Positions 59,171-64,000 of a stretch of DNA of 64,000 nt are shown one piece after another. Both the position numbers and the translations under genes were made by a program. The DNA lies in the NCBI GenBank assembly GCA_964368585.1, contig CAYJAK010000012.1, positions 19,277-83,276 on the forward strand. Direction: 5' to 3'. The DNA comes from an uncultured Muribaculaceae bacterium. Lineage in GTDB: Bacteria > Bacteroidota > Bacteroidia > Bacteroidales > UBA932. Numbering within the stretch: the stretch's first letter is position 1; each line of letters opens with the position of its first letter. The notes beneath the pieces are model-generated. The model did not search any database, was not told where the DNA came from, and saw only the letters and a program-made list of their open reading frames with translations.

Positions 59171-59956
59171 ATGATAGAGAATATTAAAATAAAGTGGTAC
59201 AGTGAGATTGACTCTACAAATCTTATTGCTGAGAGAGAGTGTGCTAATGCAGACGAAGGATCTGTTTGGATTGCTGATTATCAAACAAGTGGACGTGGAC
59301 AAAAAGGGAATTCATGGGAGAGCGAAGCAGGGAAAAATCTAACGTTTACACTTCTTTTAAAGCCATTGTTTTTATCACCGATTAATCAATCAGCAATATC
59401 TCAAGTTGTTTCACTAGGTGTTGTTAAGTATTTGAAAAATAAAGATATAAAAGCTAAAATTAAGTGGCCTAACGATATTTATGTAGATAATAAGAAAATT
59501 TGTGGGATACTTATTGAGCATACAATTACAGGTGACAAATTGGCGGTGTCAATTGTCGGAATAGGCTTTAACTTAAATCAAGAAAAGTTTGCTTCAGACG
59601 CGCCAAATCCAATATCTTTAATCCAATTGAATCACGATATTAATGAATATGATAGGGGAGTGGAATTGAACTTGATGCTCTCTTGTATTGACGAATATTA
59701 TACTATTCTATTTAGCGATGGTGTTCAAAAGATTAGGAAGATATATGTAGATAATCTTTTCCGCTTAGGAATAATTAATACCTTTTATGAGATTGGTCCA
59801 GAGGCAAAAGTGAATATCCCTATAGAAAAAATAAAGGAGGCTATTCCATTTAGAGGTAAAATTATCGATGTTGATGAATATGGATGTATTGTTATAGAAC
59901 ACACTAATGGTGTGTGTAAAACTTATGCTTTTAAGGAGGTTAAATATTTGATTTAA
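59171..59956 (+). CDS. birA: Biotin--[acetyl-CoA-carboxylase] ligase (class I, no HTH)
   Basis: The GRGQKGNSWES motif (GRGRxGRxW-type), KWPNDIY, and 261 aa without an N-terminal DNA-binding domain. Confidence 0.85.
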   Translation: MIENIKIKWYSEIDSTNLIAERECANADEGSVWIADYQTSGRGQKGNSWESEAGKNLTFTLLLKPLFLSPINQSAISQVVSLGVVKYLKNKDIKAKIKWPNDIYVDNKKICGILIEHTITGDKLAVSIVGIGFNLNQEKFASDAPNPISLIQLNHDINEYDRGVELNLMLSCIDEYYTILFSDGVQKIRKIYVDNLFRLGIINTFYEIGPEAKVNIPIEKIKEAIPFRGKIIDVDEYGCIVIEHTNGVCKTYAFKEVKYLI

Positions 59957-60616
59957 TTAAATAGGTGATAGCCTTTTAATTTTTTTCATTTCTTCATTAG
60001 GATCCTTAGCGCCAAATACTGCATTTCCTGCAACTAAAATATCTGCTCCAGCGTTTTGTAAAATATGAGAATTATGCGAAGAGATACCACCATCAACTTC
60101 AATTAAAGCTTTGCTACCTTTTCTTAGAATGAGCTCTTTTAAACGCGATACCTTTTCAATAGAGTTCTCAATGAAGCTTTGTCCTCCAAAACCTGGGTTA
60201 ACCGACATTATCAGAACATAATCAGCATCACTAATAATCTCATCGAGTAGAGAAACTGGAGTGTGTGGATTTAATGCAATTCCAGCTTTCATATCTAATT
60301 TCTTTATAGCATCTAAAGTTCTATGTAGATGGGTACATGCTTCATAATGAACACTTAGCCATTCAACTCCTACTTCTTTAAAATTAGCGATATATTTATC
60401 GGGATTAACAATCATTAAATGTGCATCAAGTGGTTTTCTTGCCTTTTCTGCAATTGATTTGATTATTGGAAATCCATATGAAATATTGGGAACAAATACT
60501 CCGTCCATTACGTCTAAATGAAACCAATCAGCAACACTATTATTTACTAACTCTATATCTTTATTTAGTTCTCCAAAATTTGCAGACAACATAGATGGTG
60601 CAAGTAAAATGCTCAT
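59957..60616 (-). CDS. rpe: Ribulose-phosphate 3-epimerase
   Basis: PS.L.A.F..L, H.DVMDG.FVPN and VNPGFGGQ.F motifs. Confidence 0.95.
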   Translation of the reverse strand: MSILLAPSMLSANFGELNKDIELVNNSVADWFHLDVMDGVFVPNISYGFPIIKSIAEKARKPLDAHLMIVNPDKYIANFKEVGVEWLSVHYEACTHLHRTLDAIKKLDMKAGIALNPHTPVSLLDEIISDADYVLIMSVNPGFGGQSFIENSIEKVSRLKELILRKGSKALIEVDGGISSHNSHILQNAGADILVAGNAVFGAKDPNEEMKKIKRLSPI

Positions 60617-60623
60617 AATATTA

Positions 60624-62093
60624 TTATTTTAGATTTGTAAGGACCTCTTCTAGTAGTTTTCTAAATTTATCAACAGTTTGTAGTTCTAGTCTTTCACCAG
60701 GGGCATGTGCTCCCTTGATGGTTGGTCCAAAAGAGATCATATCTAAGTTTGGATATTTATCTAAAAATAACCCACACTCTAAACCTGCGTGAATTGCTCT
60801 TACAATGGGTTCTGTTTTGAATAATCTTTTATATGCGTCTTTAGATATCTCTAGTAATTTTGAATCTAATTTGGGTTGCCATCCTGGATATTCTCCTTCG
60901 TGCGTAACTTTTGCACCAGCTAATGCAAAGCAAGCTTCTACTTGTTCTGCAGCGTATCTCCTACAGCTGTTTAATGCACTTCTTTGGCTTGTTCCTACAC
61001 GGATGATATTTCCAGGCACCATCTTAATTGAAGCTAAATTGGTAGATGTTTCAACCAAACCCTTAATATCATTACTCATTGATAGTACTCCGTGAGGGGC
61101 GCAATTTAATGCAAAAATTAATGAAGCGATACAATTTTTATCAATAGCTTTATTGGGCTCTCCTATGTATAAATTGTCATTAACATCTAATATTCCAACT
61201 CTACCAACTGTTCCATCAATATTTGGATCACTCGCTTTAAACTCCTCTTTAACTTCGCTAATAACTTGATTAAATATTTTAATGGCAGTTTTCTCTGATT
61301 TAGCAGGGAATCCGATAACTGCAAAAGCCTCTCTCGCTATTGCATTTCTTTTATTTCCGCCATCTATTTCGTATAGTTCAAAATCAATCTTTTCTAAAGC
61401 TCTGTAAAGGAATCTAGCTAAGATTTTGTTTGCATTTGCTCTGTTTTTTTCAATGTCGTCTCCACTATGTCCTCCTATCGCTCCAAATATTTTAAATTCA
61501 CACTTAACATATTCTTTTGTAGCCTGGTAAGTTGTATATTTAAATTTAGCTGTAGTGTCAATTCCACCTGCACAGCCTATAAAGAGCTCTCCTTCGTCCT
61601 CTGAATCAAGGTTTATAAGAATAGATCCGGTAATAAAATCGGGTGTTAGTGCTTTTGCTCCATCTAAGCCTGTCTCTTCTGCTACTGTGAAGAGCGCTTC
61701 AATCTTTCCGCACTCTAGTGTATTATCTATCAGTGCTGCAAGCTGTGCAGCCATTCCTATTCCGCAATCTGCTCCCATAGTTGTCTCTTTTGAGATTAAC
61801 CATCCATTCTCTTCAACTACATTAATAGGATCCTTTTCAAAATTATGGGTTATACCAGAATTTTTCTCACATACCATATCTGAGTGGCTTTGCAAAACAA
61901 CGGTAGGCGAGTTTTCTCTTCCGGCAGACGCATCTCTTATAATCACCACATTACCTATTTTATCAGTCTTACACTCCAGATTATTTTTTTTAGCAAAATC
62001 TTGAAGATATTTAACAATTAATTCTTCATGTCCACTCTCTCTTGGAATCTTTAGGATCTCCCCAAAAATATCCATAATACTTTGTGTTATCAT
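60624..62093 (-). CDS. pepD: Aminoacyl-histidine (Xaa-His) dipeptidase PepD, M20C
   Basis: F.EILKIPRESGHEE at the N-terminus, LQSHSDMV, and GADCGIG/AEETGL metal-ligand contexts. 489 aa. It overlaps the dnaA stop (ATGA). Confidence 0.9.
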   Translation of the reverse strand: MITQSIMDIFGEILKIPRESGHEELIVKYLQDFAKKNNLECKTDKIGNVVIIRDASAGRENSPTVVLQSHSDMVCEKNSGITHNFEKDPINVVEENGWLISKETTMGADCGIGMAAQLAALIDNTLECGKIEALFTVAEETGLDGAKALTPDFITGSILINLDSEDEGELFIGCAGGIDTTAKFKYTTYQATKEYVKCEFKIFGAIGGHSGDDIEKNRANANKILARFLYRALEKIDFELYEIDGGNKRNAIAREAFAVIGFPAKSEKTAIKIFNQVISEVKEEFKASDPNIDGTVGRVGILDVNDNLYIGEPNKAIDKNCIASLIFALNCAPHGVLSMSNDIKGLVETSTNLASIKMVPGNIIRVGTSQRSALNSCRRYAAEQVEACFALAGAKVTHEGEYPGWQPKLDSKLLEISKDAYKRLFKTEPIVRAIHAGLECGLFLDKYPNLDMISFGPTIKGAHAPGERLELQTVDKFRKLLEEVLTNLK

Positions 62094-63514
62094 AGTGTTA
62101 TATCCGTTCTAAGCATCTTCTCTATATCAGATACATATTGCTTAAAGTTTCTATCTGTTTGAATTAAATCACTAACTGTGTTACAAGCATGTAAAACTGT
62201 AGCGTGATCTTTTCCACCTATTTGTAATCCAATTGCTGCAAGCGAGGTTTTTGTTAAGTTTCTGCTCAAATACATAGCAATCTGTCTAGCTTGCACTATC
62301 TCTCTCTTTCTTGTTTTAGATGCAATTATGTCGGGAGATATCCCAAAATAGCCACATACAGTCTCCTGAATCTTTGCTAGAGAAACTTCACTATTCCCTT
62401 CAGAAACTATTTTATCTGTTAATCTTTTTGCAAGATCAAGGGTTATCTCTTGTTTTGTTAAAGTTGCATGAGCAATTAAAGAGATTAATGTACCTTCAAT
62501 TTCTCTAATATTACCAGTAATTTTGTTTGCTAAGAAATACATAATTTCTTCAGACAACTCAATGCCATCTTTGTAACTCTTGGCTCTTAAAATATCTAAT
62601 CTGGTATCAAAACATGGGGTAGTTAGTTCGACAGATAATCCCCATTTAAATCTTGACAATAATCTGTTTTCTAAGCCTTTTAAATCAACTGGAGCTCGAT
62701 CACTAGTTAAGATTAACTGTTTTCCATTTTGGTGTAAATGATTAAAAATATGAAAAAAAGCATTTTGTGTTCCAGGTTTTTCAGCAAATTCTTGTACATC
62801 ATCAATAATAAGGACATCCATTAATTGATAAAAATGAAGAAAGTCGGTTAGTTTATTTTTTACATTAACCGCATCCATATATTGAGTTTGAAATTTATTT
62901 GCACTCACATATAACACAATTTTTTCTGGGTTTCTTTCTTTTATGGCGATTCCAATAGCCTGGGCTAAGTGAGTTTTGCCCAAACCGGGGCCACCATAAA
63001 TGAAAAGGGGATTAAATGCGTTATTACCAGGTTTTTCTGATATAGATAATCCAGCTGCTCTCCCCAATTTATTACACTCTCCTTCAATGAAATTTGCAAA
63101 ACAGTAATTAGGGTTGAGCTGTGGTTCAATATTGAGTTGTTTTAATCCTGGTATGACAAATGGATTAATATTAATCTTCTCTGGCTTTTCTGGAAAAGGA
63201 ATTGACTTATTCTTTATCTCTTTTGAATTTTGGGAAGGGATAACAATAGCACTTTCGTCGACCATCTTAACTTGGTATACAAGTTTAGCATTTGCTCCAA
63301 TCTCCCTTTTAAGAGCTTTGCTAATATAGTCAATAAAGTGTTCTTCTAGATACTCTCTAAAAAATTCCGATGGTACTTCTAATGTAAATTTTGAATCAAC
63401 AAGATCGATTGCATTGATTGGTTCAAACCAAGTTTTAAAAGTTGTAGCAGGTATAACATCTCTTATCATAGAGAGACAGTTATTCCATACTCGTATATGT
63501 GGGAGAGCATTCAT
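62090..63514 (-). CDS. dnaA: Chromosomal replication initiator protein DnaA
   Basis: AAA+ Walker A GGPGLGKTHL, Walker B IIDDVQ, and the domain IV DNA-binding signature (..RQIAMYL.R..T..SL..IG...GGKDHATVLHA). Confidence 0.95.
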   Translation of the reverse strand: MNALPHIRVWNNCLSMIRDVIPATTFKTWFEPINAIDLVDSKFTLEVPSEFFREYLEEHFIDYISKALKREIGANAKLVYQVKMVDESAIVIPSQNSKEIKNKSIPFPEKPEKININPFVIPGLKQLNIEPQLNPNYCFANFIEGECNKLGRAAGLSISEKPGNNAFNPLFIYGGPGLGKTHLAQAIGIAIKERNPEKIVLYVSANKFQTQYMDAVNVKNKLTDFLHFYQLMDVLIIDDVQEFAEKPGTQNAFFHIFNHLHQNGKQLILTSDRAPVDLKGLENRLLSRFKWGLSVELTTPCFDTRLDILRAKSYKDGIELSEEIMYFLANKITGNIREIEGTLISLIAHATLTKQEITLDLAKRLTDKIVSEGNSEVSLAKIQETVCGYFGISPDIIASKTRKREIVQARQIAMYLSRNLTKTSLAAIGLQIGGKDHATVLHACNTVSDLIQTDRNFKQYVSDIEKMLRTDITL

Positions 63515-63741
63515 AAGCTGGACGAAAATTTTAGTGTATTTTTCTATGATTTGTCCTACAAAGTTTGAAAAAAAAAATTACATATAAAAAAAAAAAACTA
63601 AAAATTTTCTCAAAACCTTAATAATCAGCCTAAAAAATTTTTATCGCGATAAATGACTGATATTTAGGTAATTATAAATAAAACCCCTTGCCTAGGCTAT
63701 CTGAAAGGCGCTAGTTATCAACAATTTTGAGAGTAAAATTG
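63515..63741. other. dnaA upstream region: promoter plus possible replication-origin-like elements (A-tracts, one DnaA-box-like 9-mer, TTATC/GATAA palindrome)
   Basis: Runs of 10 A and 12 A at about 63568-63597. TTATCAACA at 63715-63723 has one mismatch to TTATCCACA. The palindrome TTTATCGCGATAAA lies at 63640-63653. There is only one box-like site, so an oriC call is weak. Confidence 0.3.
63640..63653. repeat. 14-bp perfect palindrome TTTATCGCGATAAA upstream of dnaA
   Basis: Read directly. It has the same TATCGCGATA core as five other sites in the window. Confidence 0.9.
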
Positions 63742-64000
63742 TTAAAAAACTGACACTTTGATATACTTCTTAGGGTTCTCTGTAATTTTCTTGATTAAGG
63801 TGTCAATGCTACTGATGGTAGAGTTGATTGAGTTATGTAAAGAATCTGTTGTTATTAGCTTACCTAAACTACCCTCTTGATCTTGAATTTTTACTAAAAG
63901 TGTGTTAAGATTATTCACAGCTTCTTCTAGTTTAGCTTCTGATAATTGGGTGGTAATATTATTTATATTGCTAAGTGACGATTCAATATCATCTCCACTA
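63742..64000 (-). CDS. MlaD/MCE-family protein, C-terminal fragment (5' end beyond window), absent from ORF track
   Basis: Hand translation of the minus strand from 63999 gives SGDDIESSLSNINNITTQLSEAKLEEAVNNLNTLLVKIQDQEGSLGKLITTDSLHNSINSTISSIDTLIKKITENPKKYIKVSVF*. The segment ..EGSLGKL..D.SL.N.......L..L......NPK.Y...S.F is the typical MCE/MlaD C-terminus in Bacteroidota. Confidence 0.7.
   Translation of the reverse strand, partial: SGDDIESSLSNINNITTQLSEAKLEEAVNNLNTLLVKIQDQEGSLGKLITTDSLHNSINSTISSIDTLIKKITENPKKYIKVSVF

Noticed and set aside
1-64000. tRNA, rRNA, CRISPR arrays, IS elements, toxin-antitoxin or known defence systems
   Set aside because: I scanned the intergenic regions and repeats by eye. 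I found no T-loop (GGTTCGAATCC-like) contexts, no regularly spaced repeats, no transposase-like ORFs and no defence-gene signatures.

Overview
AT-rich chromosomal segment that looks like a Bacteroidota (Bacteroidia-type) core genome. The evidence is a SusC/SusD pair, TAnnTTTG '-7' promoter boxes 20-60 nt upstream of many starts, and almost no Shine-Dalgarno sequences except at rpsU. I support about 56 protein genes.

Main gene content:
- A polysaccharide-utilisation-locus (PUL) fragment: SusC, SusD and a DUF1735/discoidin lipoprotein.
- The leuA-leuC-leuD-leuB operon.
- tig, clpP and clpX.
- The rsfS-ftsH-cdsA-psd cluster.
- rpsU, hpf, rplY-pth and hutU.
- Glycosidases of families GH16, GH92 and GH2.
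- purM, pyrF and several peptidases.
- dnaA with its upstream AT-rich region at the right end, followed by a 3'-fragment of an MlaD/MCE gene that the ORF track misses.

I see no rRNA, tRNA, CRISPR array, transposase, prophage or recognisable defence island. The one tyrosine recombinase looks like the chromosomal Xer-type gene. I cannot point to a clear new multi-gene system.

Best leads, in rough order:
1. A leader-peptide/terminator/antiterminator arrangement upstream of leuA.
2. A strikingly over-represented 10-bp palindrome, TATCGCGATA. It occurs six times, including in the dnaA upstream region and in a divergent promoter.
3. A glutamate-racemase homologue with all MurI motifs but a lipoprotein signal and large extensions.
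4. A standalone S24/S26 peptidase with a Ser/His-type box D, paired with and overlapping an ABC exporter.
5. A 58-aa histone-H1-like gene missed by the ORF track.
6. A perfect Shine-Dalgarno (SD) at rpsU.
7. A 29-bp perfect direct repeat duplicating the 5' end of the GH92 gene.

Several 'longest ORF' starts in the track are TTG codons lying inside promoter boxes, and I have trimmed them. All coordinates for hand-found elements were counted from the printed sequence and could be off by a base.
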